A stretch of DNA of 64,000 bases. Source: Octopus sinensis (taxonomy: Eukaryota). Below are positions 1 through 12,588 of the stretch, one piece after another (position 1 is the first letter of the stretch; each line of letters starts with the position of its first letter). The position numbers and the translations under genes were made by a program. The stretch lies in NCBI RefSeq assembly GCF_006345805.1, contig NC_042997.1, positions 157,418,001 through 157,482,000 on the forward strand, read 5' to 3'. Under the pieces are notes generated by a model. The model made no database searches. It worked only from the letters and a program-made list of their open reading frames with translations, and was not told the DNA's origin.

Positions 1-89
1 TTACTTCAGAGAGACTGAAATTTACGGTAGAGCCCAAAGTATGATTTAAGTAGTATAACATAGTATAATTTACAAATGATCGTTTAAAT

Positions 90-200
90 CATTGGTTCTC
101 AACTAGGATCCATGTGTCCTTTGAGGATCCATATAGGATTTTTCTGCTAAAATTTATCTGCAATAAATTGGTTATACTTCCACAATATACAAACTATTTA
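90..200 (+). mobile_element. hAT (Charlie-like) MITE terminal fragment
   Basis: Starts CATTGGTTCTCAACTAGGATCCAT, resembling the hAT TIR CAGTGGTTCTCAAC. Similar to the reverse complement of 12300-12397. Confidence 0.45.
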
Positions 201-1013
201 AATTTTTTATTCTGTTGTGTCTGGGGAGAGTCGTTTCCTTTTTGTGCCTTATAATGTAACACACTTACCGGTAAAATTTCCACTTTTTTCTTATTTTTAT
301 TTTCCTAAAATTTTCGTTGCATTGTATCGCTTATGAATACTTACAGAATATGTTTTATTATTCTTCATTATACTTCATTAACGACCTACATCGAAGTGGC
401 TCTCTACTCTATACTGTATATCTGTATATCAGTGCTGATTTTTTACTTCTAATTGGGTAAATTAATGAAGTTTTAAACTTATAAATTCTGAAACGAAAAC
501 GAAAGGTAGAACCTTTCGTCGCTTATCTGGCAACATTGGTTAAACTCCTGCACAGCTGTGTTTACATCTACGAACTGTAATCTGTTCAGGAATTCATTAT
601 GTACTGGAAAGTACCATCCATTCAGATATATTATATATTCTGGCAAATGCACATGGTCTAGCTAGTATAAGAAATTACGGTGTGATGTACTTTGTATGGC
701 ACTAATTATATTACGAAAACTGTAGTGCTTCTCCGATAATAAAGCTGAGGAATCTGTAACTCAACGTTTGGCTTAAATTTTTATCAAAACAAATTAAATG
801 GGAAAAATTTCACTGGTTAATCCCTCAACTTGCAATTGTTGATCTGTTACCTGCCAAAAATTAAGATTGAATTTTGCACAAGATACATGAATAATTGCAG
901 AGATTTGACCCCGTGGATATACATTTGTGGGTTTAGATGATCTCATAGGATTTGGTAATACACTATCAACATTGAATATGTTTCTCTTCATGGATTACAA
1001 ATCGAAATCAGAG

Positions 1014-1087
1014 AGAGGGGGGAAGAGGGAGAGAGAGAGGGGAAAGAAGGAGAGAGAGAGGGGGAAGAAGGAGAGAGAGAGGGGAGA
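1014..1087. repeat. Purine-rich (GA/GGGAAG) low-complexity tract
   Basis: Direct reading; explains ORFs 927..1142 and 988..1212. Confidence 0.9.
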
Positions 1088-1399
1088 CATAGAAAAACAA
1101 AATTTGCAAGTAGGTTGCCTTCAGACATCCTTTCAAATATAGAGTAGTCTTTCCTTTCAATGCTGAGTCGCAATGCAAAAATAAGAAAAATAGATAAAAC
1201 CAAACAATTCACTTGTATTCTTCATAGATGCAGCAAAACAGAAGATCTAGCCATCCTGGATATTCAGCTTTCATTATAAGTTGTCTTTGGAGCCTTCAGC
1301 CCTAAGAAACAAAATCTTTCCAACACGTGTTTCCCTAAGCTACCCTACGTTAGCGAGTATACATCCAATGCTTTTCATAAAGTCTTTCACAAAGAAGGG

Positions 1400-1402
<3 letters not shown>

Positions 1403-1441
<39 letters not shown>

Positions 1442-1455
1442 TCTCTCTCTCTCAC

Positions 1456-1518
<63 letters not shown>

Positions 1519-1524
1519 ATATAT
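1403..1524. repeat. Compound (CT)n-(TA)n microsatellite
   Basis: Direct reading. One of dozens of (TA)n/(CA)n/(TACA)n tracts across the window. Confidence 0.95.
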
Positions 1525-2355
1525 AACTGGCCCACTAAGGCCCTTCCGTCAGGAAATGTTTGTCGAAGAATCTTCTTCCCCAGGAGAAAAATCCACGATG
1601 CTAGCCACCAGTTCTATCCACAACAGAAACATGGGCTTGTATATCAGACATATGCCGTATATCAGACCCTCTGTTTCAAATTCAATGAATATCATACAAG
1701 TAGTACGATTCGGCAACGACATACTCGAATCAGAAGACATACACTTCATTGTACAAAATATAAAAGGATAAAAAGTAGGAAGAAAAAATCGGAAAATATG
1801 AAAATATAACGAAGATATTGTAATGACCATTACCGGCATAGACCATAATATCGTAATATTGAATAACTCTGATTACGAAACTCTTATTGAGATCTTCAAT
1901 CCAATCTAAACATTTCCGGTCAGAAGAAATATCCTTTACTATAATGATGGAAACCAAATTCTATTTTAAAAAGATATTTTGATAAACCCCCAACCTCACA
2001 CGTCAATAATTAACCAGCTTGACTTAAATGAGTGCACATGAATACGATAATTCGCACTGCTCATTCCTTCTGAGCTATGTACCCCGACACACTGTCAGAT
2101 AATACTCACTTGCAAGTGACATTTCCTCGGATCATACTGTTTTACCTATAACGGGGAAAATGGTTTTCTTGTTGAATTTAAGTTATTTTAAAGATCGATC
2201 GAGTTTGTAAGAAAGCCGAAGCGAAAACATTTAAAGCAAAAAGGAAGAAACATTGGATTTGTCTAATAGTTATCACTTAAAAAATATGCTTAAAATAGAT
2301 TAATTGAGGCAATTGATTGCTAAAATATTTAATGTAGCATGAAAGAACTAACTAG

Positions 2356-2711
2356 AATTATGTGATGAGAAAGAATATTTCGTCTAGGTCTTCCCGTAGG
2401 ACGCCCCAATAGGGGGCTCGGTTGCACATACTATAGGAGTCACAGGGCGCTGCTCCGTGTGGTCCCGCAGCCGAGTTGTGTCTGAGACCAGTGTGGAATG
2501 ATGTGGCATACCTTACAAGGGGAACCAAATATGCCACGATCGAAGTGTGTTTTAAGACCAAAGAAAAACCCAAGCAGGCGTCGACGGAATCTCTAAAAAC
2601 ATCAGAGGTGGTTCTCCTGCCTACATATCTTGAAGGCGGGCTTTCAAAATTAAGGTGGCACATTCTGTAGGAGTCACAGGGTGCTGCTCCGTGTGGTCCC
2701 GCAGTTTCCAT
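2356..2711 (+). mobile_element. Decayed non-LTR retrotransposon ORF1-like fragment with internal 47-bp direct repeat
   Basis: Translation YLTRGTKYATIEVCFKTKEK...VVLLPTYL, then after a frameshift GRRAFKIKVAH; resembles LINE ORF1 RRM-type regions by eye. Direct repeat at 2424-2470/2658-2704. Flanked by CTAACTAG at 2348-2355 and 2712-2719. Confidence 0.4.
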
Positions 2712-2809
2712 CTAACTAGGAATATTAGGGTCTCATCCATTGTCTTGTATTCAAGATTCTCTATATGACATCCTGCTTGTTCAAAGCCAGGTATCTGATC
2801 TGTTAAATC

Positions 2810-3172
2810 CTGCCAATAAGAAAATCCACGCCCTGCTGTCGACGCTTCGATTTATTGTCGTTAAGGTTTTGTCTGTCTCCTACCCTTCGACCTGTCTGCC
2901 CTGGTAAGACCTGCCTGAAGATTTCTCTCCCTCCAGCATAGCTCTCCGGGTCAACGGAACACACAGGCAATTATCCGCGACAAGGTACTTGTTGAATTGG
3001 CCGTTGACTGCACAGTAGTTCTTCCGTCTTCTGACGGGTAATATTTATTTGTCCCGCAGGGTGTCCAACAATCTCCCACCTCACCAAACAAGCTTGATGG
3101 GGTTGCCAGTCTAGTCGCCGACGACCCGACCATGTGACAGGTTGTATTGGGTTACATGTTACCAGTAGCGCT
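2810..3172 (-). mobile_element. RTE-clade LINE 5' UTR-like remnant
   Basis: Minus strand reads ...CCTTGTCGCGG...TGTGTGTTCCGTTGACCCGGAGAGCTATGCTGG...CAGACAGGTCGAAGGGTAGGAGACAGAC, recognised as typical of RTE 5' regions. Confidence 0.45.
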
Positions 3173-4729
3173 GAAGAGAATAAGAGAAGAGTTAAGTGTC
3201 CAATATTATTTTCTGTCCTTCAGCTAAATATAGGAGACAAACTGTATATTTCTATCTTATTTTGACTTCATCAGCAAAGCATAGCTTTCACTCTGCATAT
3301 TGATTAAAGGGATAAGATTGTATATATTTATTGAAAACAGTGGCGGAATGATTAAAGGGATAAGATTGTATATATTTATTGGTATAGGAAAATATAATTG
3401 CTAAGAAATTAAATAATTGCCATCAGCATGGAAAAATTCAATTTGACACAGACATAGATGTGAAGAAGCTTGTCGCGAAACCACGCGAGAAAAATATTAA
3501 TGAATATTTTTGCCAATACGCTTCACAACAGTCTTAATTTAAACAATGAAAAAACAAAATCAGTTAACACACACATACACACACACATACTTGTGTGTGT
3601 ATGTGTGTGTGTGTGTGGTGTGTGTGTGTGTGTGTGTGTGTGCGTGCGCGTGTGTATATGTTATACTTGCAGAAAGGAAAAGAAGCGTGTATAATAAAAA
3701 ATGAGGAATAAAATCATGCAATACAATACGTACTTCACTGATATGAGGGTAGCTTAAATAAGGAGACAGACGGAGAAATATGAGACGAATAAAGTCATCA
3801 AGGAAATGAAATCTTAAAAGTTATGCCCAGCTACATACAGACTACATAAATCGTAAGCATCCAGGAATTACAATTACAAAAATAAAAATTAAAAAATAAA
3901 TAAAAGACAGAAGAAAAAAAAAACTGCGGAAGTGAATTGAAGTACAGAAAACAATAGCAAGATTAACTTGCTCGCTTCTTTCCTTTGATTCTCTTCATAT
4001 AAGTATTTTGAGTCAAAAACTAACTGAAGAATTTACACATCTTGATAATATAATTGACATTGTTGCGGGTAAAAATGACATAACCGAGGTAGACGATAGG
4101 AATCTCTGTTTTTCATCCCTTACCAATCATTAGAAACCAATTAAAGCACTAGTTTTCCGACTCTCTATCCAGGAAAAAAGCATAGCAAAGAACAATTTTA
4201 TTGGATATTAATTACACCATCACTTTCAAAGTCATTAGAAAATGTTCAAATATTCGAAAGTTACTCAAATTATTGAATTTTTTGTTGTTATTGAATATAT
4301 TTTTATGAGGTTTAGCTTTTGAAATGTTGTAATCGTTCCTTAAAAGACTAACGTTTCTTGAATTATTTTTGTGCAATGAATTTTCAAAGATATTTCATAT
4401 CATAAAACTAAAAATATAAGCTACAATGAATGTATACAATTATCCATGTATACATATGCGTGTGTGTGCGTGTGTGCGTGTGTGTGTACATACATACATA
4501 CATACATACATACATACATGCATACATACATACATACATACATACATACATACATACATACATACGTGGGTGTGCTGGCTTTGGGTAAAAGAATATACAG
4601 GAGAATCAGTTAATTATGATTTTATTCAACATATTCCCCTCTCAAATTCCTACACTCATTTCAGCAGTCCTTCTGTTTTTCAAATCCCTGTAAAAGAACT
4701 CGGGAGGTTGGTCCATAAAACTAGGAACT

Positions 4730-4745
4730 TTTCAGTCAGCACCCC

Positions 4746-4788
<43 letters not shown>

Positions 4789-4821
4789 GTATGTATGTGA
4801 GTATGTATGTATGTATGTATG

Positions 4822-4852
<31 letters not shown>

Positions 4853-4857
4853 GTAAG

Positions 4858-4892
<35 letters not shown>

Positions 4893-5042
4893 GCACATAT
4901 ATATATACATGTGTTTGTGTATGTGTGTGCTCGTGTGTTTGTAGGGTGCAGTATGGCCAAGTAAAAATACTTTTCGCATGTCTTTTCGCGTTCAACCGCA
5001 CCTCGTGGCACGCTAATCAGTTGTCTTTTACCATAGTTTGTG
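4730..5042. repeat. Dispersed duplicated block, copy 1 (microsatellite core plus conserved ~130-bp tail)
   Basis: Same flanks (TTTCAGTCAGCA... and ...CCGCACCTCGTGGCACGCTAATCAGTTGTCTTTTACCATAG) as 7334-7560. Confidence 0.85.
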
Positions 5043-5311
5043 GTAGATCAAAACATTGTAAAATAAATTGGATAAACGAAAAGTGTTTAGAAGCCTATCG
5101 GATGTGTTGCATGTGTAATTCAAAGATTCAACGGAAGTGTCATGTTTAGTGCTATGTTTAGAATTCAATGAGTTGATAATTCAGTAGTTTTTTGCTTTTT
5201 CAGAAACCGGAGACCCGAACCGTATACTTGTAGAATTGACTCCTGTATTGTCACCCTGTATACCACGTGGTAGTGTTAAACCAGACAATCGATTATGACT
5301 GTTACATTTAT

Positions 5312-5528
5312 TATTTCTTTATTGCCCACAAGAAGCTAAACATAGAGGGGACAAACAAGGACAAAGAGATTAAGTTGATTACATCGATCCCACTGGGTAT
5401 GTGGTACTTAATTTATCGACCCCGAAAGGATGAAAGGCAAAGTCAACCTCGGCGGATTTTGAACTCAGAACGTAACGGCAGACGAAATACCGCTAAGCAT
5501 TTCGCCCGGCGTGCTAACATTTCTACCG
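5312..5528 (-). mobile_element. SINE family B copy
   Basis: Reverse complement of the ...GTTCTGAGTTCAAATTCCGCCGAGGTCGACTTTGCCTTTCATCCTTTCGGGGTCGATAAATTAAGTACCAG... family, present more than 12 times here. Confidence 0.85.
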
Positions 5529-5766
5529 ACTGTTACCTTTATAGGTCCGGGTGGAATTTGAATTCAGTACACAAGAATCCTGAACAAATACCACATTCAG
5601 TACGACGGCCTTGCAGCTCTGCTAATCAACTTTTTTCCTTACCGACTCATTCATCCGAATGTCCAAGTGTTGCCATTTTGCCGTTGTGATCGAAATATAA
5701 ATTTGTTGCTTTAGAACTTCATGTGTATACTTCTTTGTCTGAAGGGAAGCCGTGCTGAGGACTCGT

Positions 5767-5913
5767 ATATCGTTTGGTTGAAATGATATATAAGTCCTCA
5801 TTGGTCTGTACATCATTTGTTTGAAATGATATACGAGTCCTCATTGGCGCGCGTATCATTTGGTTGAAATGATATACGAGTCCTTATAGGTCCGCATATC
5901 ATTTGGTTGAAAT
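5767..5913. repeat. 43-bp minisatellite, ~3.4 units, each with a TATCATTT-GGTTG-AAATGATA hairpin
   Basis: Units start at 5767, 5810, 5853 and 5896. Confidence 0.9.
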
Positions 5914-6900
5914 CCGTAGCTGGGTATGTGAAAGAGTACATATAGAAACAAAAAACAAGTGAGGTTGTTTATCTGATACTTAGTAACACTATCTTACATA
6001 CGCTTCATTAACAAAATGATTAATTGCTATTTAATGTAAATTATATAATTAAATTGCATTTTCAAATCTTCAGAGACACGTAACTCTTGTTCTTAATATT
6101 ACTAGATTAGTGACAGTAATCACAAATGTTTGCTCATCCGGAGATGACAGCACTGTCATAAACCCAGTAATATTATGTACTTGTTAAGGTTTGGCAATGC
6201 AGTAATTTACATTATATAACTGAAAATCATTCATTGTGAATGAAACGTGTGTAAGACGATGCAACTAAATATTTTAGAATCAATTTCTCCTATTTTGTTT
6301 TTGTTTTAGTATGTGTGTATATATGTACGTATGTATACATGCATACAAGCGTGAGCGCAAAAATATCTATGAATACATGATTACATATATTGTATATGTG
6401 TGCGTGTATGCCCATCGATGTATATGTGTGCGTGTATGCCCATCGATGTATATGTGTGCGAACATTAGTTTTTATGTAGGCATGTACTTATGTATGTGTT
6501 TGTATACTGGCAAATGATCAATAAGTTTGCCTCGCAAGTATAGTGTCTATTCTAGTGTATAGACATCTGAGGCTCCATTTGGACATAAGCCACGTGAGTA
6601 AAATCGTATATGAAAATATACGTTAAAGCTCAGTGGAATAACTGTGTCTGTAATGTAAGGTTCTATGTTCGTTCCATATAGTGTGATACAAATTGAACTC
6701 AGATATTGCGTAAACTGTATTAGTAGAATACTCAGCCACTTAAACAAAATGATTTATTCTGTTGCTGGTCCCATTGAGCGACATAATACCGAAAACGTCG
6801 CTAAATGTATGTGCGCGTGAGAGTGTGATGGCGTATATTTTCGAAAAGTACCAATTATTATACTGTTATTCCACTCGATACAAATCTAATTGAGATAGAA

Positions 6901-7106
6901 CGGTATTTCGTCTGCTAAGCGGTATTTCGTCTGCCGTTACGTTCTGAGTTCAAATTCCGCCGAGGTCGACTTTGCCTTTCATCCTTTCGGGGTCGATAAA
7001 TTAAGTACCAGTTACGCACTGAGGTCGATGTAATCGACTTAATCCGTTTGTCTGTCCTTGTTTGTCCCTTCTATGTTTAGCCCCTTGTGGGCAATAAAGA
7101 AATAAG
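6901..7106 (+). mobile_element. SINE family B copy (5' truncated)
   Basis: Near-consensus body ending GCAATAAAGAAATAAG. Confidence 0.9.
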
Positions 7107-7333
7107 ATTTTATTTTCTTTCCCCGTCTTGGTCTCAAACCCAGCATTAGTAAAATTTATCCTTCGGTATCCTTAGACGAATTAGGATTGTAGTTTAGAAA
7201 AATCGTTACAACCTCGGTATTTGGATAAGGTTCTGTATGCTATGAGTTCAAATGGCACTGAGATCAACTTTGTCTTTCGTCTTCCCTGGGTACCTTATTT
7301 GAAGCTTTATGCCTATATTAGAAATGAATATTA

Positions 7334-7560
7334 TTTCAGTCAGCATCCCTTCGTACACACACACGCGCACACACACATGTACACACACATGCACACATAC
7401 ACACATACACTCACGCACAATACATGTGTGCGTGTGTATGTGTGTGCACGTGTGTTTGTAGGGTGCTGTATGGCAAAATGAAAATATTTTTCGCATGTCT
7501 TTTCGCATTCAACCGCACCTCGTGGCACGCTAATCAGTTGTCTTTTACCATAGTCTGTGT
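7334..7560. repeat. Dispersed duplicated block, copy 2
   Basis: Matches 4730-5042. Confidence 0.85.
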
Positions 7561-8174
7561 AAGAGTTGCGCGTCTCTGAAGAGATTAAATAATAAAAGTA
7601 ATCATTGATTAAATAATAACAGTTGAATACTGAGAAAGATTTAGTCGAATGTCCTTATCTAATTGTTGAAATATGATTTAATAAAGAGCATTTTTTCTCT
7701 AAAATATCAATTAATGATTAACACTTTTGAATTCGAGGACAAGAGAAAATAGGACGCGTGACATTTGTCATATTTTCCACAGAATATCAAAATGGTTTTA
7801 GACAGTGTAATTAAGAATCACAGAAAAAATTTGGAATGAAAAGTTTTGCTCTCATAATTGAATGGGATATATAGTAGTGTTTATTTATATATTTATTTAT
7901 TTATTGGAGGGTGGGGTATTACAGAGATATACAAACACACACCAAACTCTACGCAGCATGTGTTTTAATGGTTTTAAAGCTCTTAATATAAAATCTGAAG
8001 CAACCACCCATAGATAATGGTAAAATGTGAACTCCACCCCGCCTCACTCGTTCTAGCACAAAATATACTATTAACTGTTAGAAGTATGTTAAAATAAAGT
8101 AATTGCCTTGAAAATGCGTGTTATAATACACACTCAGAGAAATACGCACGTGCATTTACACATAGGACAATATA

Positions 8175-8222
<48 letters not shown>

Positions 8223-9690
8223 ATATATATATATACAAAAATATGCATTTACAAATTCTCAGTTAAACACCAAACACACGAAAGTATAGACGGTGAATTA
8301 ACTGTGAGAATGTCGGACGAAATGTCTTGCGGTATCTGAGTTCGATTCCCGCTTGACGTTAAATATGTTTTTCTTCTTCTCGGAGTCGATAAAATACCCA
8401 CTTAGAAATGTGAAGGGCAGAAATGTTTCAGCATCAAACGAGATGCTTTGCCCTATTTCTTCTGGTTCTTTACGTTCTTAGTTCAAATCTTGCCACAGCC
8501 TACTTGGGTGGTCGACTTTCATTCACATAGCTCTTGGATACTTTTAAAGTAGTGTACTCCGCTGCGAGAACTTAGGACACGTTTCTGGTTTGAGGATTCA
8601 TTTAGCCTTCCTCCCGCTAGTTACATAAACCTTACAAAGGATCTCGCAGAGCCCTTCTAATTAGAATATTAATAACAAATATGTAGCCTAAAACCTACAA
8701 AAGCAACAAATATCTAAATAAAAAATACTACTCAGTTCGTTTATGGATATTATGGAAAATAATTTACACTTTCCTTTGATCATAGCAATATAACCACTTT
8801 GCAGTATTTGTTCAGGCTATTAATTCTTAACTACCAAGTTTATCTTTGCGTTTCAAATCCTTTCGAGGTTGACAAAATAAAGTAAGTTTTGGACCGATTT
8901 AATCCAATAACTCCGCTCAAAAGCTAAAAGGGGAGATCGTTTTACTTTTTGAATAAGTTAGAAACCGTCATATTAATTTATTTCATGATAGTATTATATA
9001 TATATTATTGTGACTGACTGGCGTCTCGTCCAGGAGGTAATATGTACGCCAGAGAAACTGGCAGGCCGATCCTATGCTCCTTACGGAGTAATGTGGACTA
9101 ATCATTATACACATATATAAATAGAATATAAAACTTTCCGCCACGGACATAATTGCTCAGTATCTTATTATTGTTATTTGATAATAAAATGGCTGAATGA
9201 TTAAGATTTTAGGCTCTCTTGCCTTTTCACATTAAAGTAGCTGCAGACAACTCACGATTTTAATCGATTTTCATGCTTTGTTCTATCACGGAGCATGAAA
9301 ATCGATATCCTTCGTTTAACGAAACTGTCGGTAATGGGGTTATCAAACCTTCAGTGAACGGTATTTTTTTTTTTTTTGCACCTTATTTATTGGCGCAAAA
9401 TCCAATGGAAACATGCTCCTGTGCATGTGTTCTTTATTTTTTGTTTGTTTCATTCATTGGACAGCGGTGATATTAAGACATCTTTATCGATGGATTTTTC
9501 AGTCTATTATATCGACTACAATATTTTGCATAGACAAAGTAGATACATATCTGGTGCTTATTTTGATCCCTATTTGATCGTATATAAGGTTTTATCGGCA
9601 AAGTCAAGCAGGGTATTAAAGAATTTATTGAAAACGTGACAAAGTATCAAAACGTATTTTTTTGTTCTTCGCATTATTCTGCCATCCTAC

Positions 9691-9734
<44 letters not shown>

Positions 9735-9777
9735 GATTATATGTATATGTATGTAAATATACATATATTATTATATT

Positions 9778-9809
<32 letters not shown>

Positions 9810-9812
<3 letters not shown>

Positions 9813-10146
9813 TAGGAAGGAAGTGGAAGAAAACAGAGAATGGCCGTTAGTCACGTGTAATCAACGAGAGAGTCAAGGAGGAAGAGTTAGAGAGAGAGAG
9901 AACGGCGAAGGGAAGAGGAGAAGAATAGGGAAAGGGTGGGAGGGAAAGACAGAAAGGAAGAAAAACAAGAGAGGGAGATAGATAGACAGAAAAGAGATGG
10001 AATAAGAGTGCGCATCTTAATTATTAAGAGAAAACTTACTTGGAAAAGGATGAGTGGCGTTCGATCATATAATAATATAAATAATATATGCATATATGCA
10101 TATATACATATATGCATATATACCATATACATATATACGTATATGC

Positions 10147-10210
<64 letters not shown>

Positions 10211-10425
10211 TACCTACACATATATGTATATATACATGCATATATGGGTACATGACATTCAAAAACGTGGACAGAATGAGAAACGAGAACATAAGAAACA
10301 AAAACATAGAAAATGAACTATTTTCGAACAACGAAAAAAACAAACAAAGAAACATGACATGCAACATAGAGAACATTCCCTTCATCAGTTGTTCCCTGTT
10401 TTATCTACTCCGCGATGTTTCGCGC
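9810..10425 (+). mobile_element. Non-coding interspersed repeat family F (two parts split by (TA)n, in permuted order)
   Basis: 9810-10075 (CACGTG, GA tract, GAGTGCGCATC...AAAACTTACTTGGAAA) and 10245-10425 match parts of 45600-46180 and the reverse complement of 60330-60955. Confidence 0.7.
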
Positions 10426-10452
10426 ACATTCATTCACCAAATTCGTTTGTAG

Positions 10453-10579
10453 GCTCTTCAGGCTCTGGAAGGAAAAAGTTCTTGCAAAGATGCCTGCTGT
10501 GCAGTGGAATCGCAGCAGAAGGGGTTCGTTGCCTTATGAACTTTATAACCACACGGCCACGCCTGCAACCCGAGTCTAA
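10453..10579 (+). CDS. Weak candidate exon (LFRLWKEKVLAKMPAVQWNRSRRGSLPYELYNHTATPATRV*)
   Basis: TTCGTTTGTAG acceptor-like site at 10451-10452, non-repetitive GC-balanced sequence, open frame to a stop at 10577-10579. No recognised homologue. Confidence 0.15.
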
Positions 10580-10674
10580 TAAGTAACAGTAAATATGCAC
10601 TGAAATAGAAATCCTGTTTGCAATTGTTATTCAATAGAGCCGTTTTGTCCCCATTTGCAGTCGATCGTTCAATA

Positions 10675-10713
<39 letters not shown>

Positions 10714-11736
10714 AGAAGAAACGCCTGTATGAAAGGTGTTAGCTTTGATATTAGTAGTACCCAATAAATCATGAATCATGTCAGCATGTGTATAGATAAC
10801 CCTTTGTGGGTAAAGGTGAATTTACCGACCATTGCATCGAGATCTAGCTTACGCGATAAGGTTACCTACTAGAAATAGCTGCCAACTCTCTTTTAATTTT
10901 CTTTTAAAGAGAAGGATATGAGATTTCGAACCGAAGATGGAATCTATATGAAGTGACTCTGCGTGTTAGAAATAGTACACAAATCACCCTCAAAATCTCA
11001 TACGCCACACTCTTAAAATGATAACGGGGACATCTTGGATGGAGTGATTCTAGATACACTGTATCAGAAAAACAATTGAGACGGGTTGGTCACAACTCAA
11101 ATGCGCTTTGACCATAAGATGGCTTGATCAGAGCTGCTCTGAGGCTAAACAATACCGACAAAAGGATGATATGTTGGAATAATATACTACTTACTTGATA
11201 CACTATATAGAATGAAAATAGACCGGATCGTCACAGCTGGAACATCTTCGATATTAGATGTGTTTGATCGACGATGTTTTGAAGTTTAACAGTAGCTAAT
11301 TGCTTCTCTATCATTATGTCAGAAAATCAAAGAGATTAGTGCCAATACAGCAATCACAAGTTCCACTACATTTTACAAAACGGATATGAAACAACTCAAG
11401 TAAAGATAACCATCACTTTTCAGCAAAAATGCATGTAAACTTGACGGACACGAAGCGTATACCTAATGTGTCACCAGAAAGAAATTGCTAAGACATAATG
11501 AGACGTAATACGTCTCTAATCGTCTGCCACATCTGAGGTGTGGAAACCTGACAGGTAACTATAGGAAAAACTTAAAACAAAAAATGAATATATATAGAAA
11601 TATGAAAAAGAAAAGAGAGAGAAAAAGAAAAACAACAACTAAAAACAAATAACAAGAAAAACTCGAGCTGAAACAAAGAATAATACAAAGAGAAATTAAA
11701 GTCGGGAATAACTTAACGTCAGGTTTATTTGGAATC

Positions 11737-11805
<69 letters not shown>

Positions 11806-11961
11806 TTATATATATATACTTATATATATAATGTATATGTATGTATGTATGTTTGTATATATATATTTGTGAGTTTATGTGTGTGGTGTATGTGTGTGTG
11901 CGTGTATGAGTATACATGAAGTATCTATCTATGTATCTATATATCTGTGTGTGTTTATATG

Positions 11962-12006
<45 letters not shown>

Positions 12007-12299
12007 TGTTCGCAGCGTTAATTCTTTTTAACGGCGGTGCATCAGCATGGCCGCAGCTCTGAGCTGAAACTAGAGAAAAAAAATATATACATTATGAACC
12101 GCACATATTTAAAGTCTACATGCATCGTGTATTTGCCGGTTGTCTACCTATGGCGTGCTGGAGAATACTCTCCCAAAGCACCGGGTGTTAAACCTTAGAG
12201 TCATGGTCAGGCAAGATAACTCAGCTTCAATCTCATCTAGGAGTGATGGCCATTTTCGTGGCTTGTCAACGTCACAAACCCGACAGGAGCCTTTGAAAT

Positions 12300-12397
12300 A
12301 CTATTGTGGACCCGCAATTTACTATTTTATTGTATGGACCCCCAAAAATCTTATATGGACTTTCAGGGGCCATATGGACCCTGGTTAAGAACAACTG
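12300..12397 (-). mobile_element. hAT (Charlie-like) MITE terminal fragment
   Basis: Minus strand begins CAGTTGTTCTTAACCAGGGTCCATATGG. Adjacent GTCTAGAC (12398-12405) fits the NTCTAGAN Charlie target consensus. Confidence 0.6.
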
Positions 12398-12588
12398 GTC
12401 TAGACTAATATATTTCCAACTTCAAATTAAACGATGGCGTCTGCATGCATAACCGACTCTCTTAGGCACTCACCCTTCTAATTTAAGTCATTCCGTATCA
12501 GTCCATCACTCAAGGGTCTGAAGTTTTCTACACAATTCGATCATTGTTTAACCCATCTTGTATTTCGCTAAGGTTTTCTAGATAAACT

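Noticed and set aside
794-991. 65-aa minus-strand ORF with ordinary composition
   Set aside because: No recognisable domain or good acceptor; the length is within chance expectation.
1556-1960. Protein-like plus-strand frame interrupted by stops
   Set aside because: Possibly another decayed LINE ORF1 piece, but there is no diagnostic motif to support a call.
5767-5913. CRISPR-like palindromic repeat array
   Set aside because: The would-be spacers are homologous to each other, there are no cas genes, and the context is eukaryotic.
6080-6190. Cadherin-like peptide ITGFMTVLSSPDEQTFVITVT on the minus strand
   Set aside because: It lacks the LDRE and DxND motifs, is bounded by stops, and has no usable splice sites.
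10380-10470. Type II or type I hammerhead in family F (GAAAC...CUGAUGA on the minus strand; also ~45730-45770)
   Set aside because: Stems do not close, and the arrangement is not conserved between copies.
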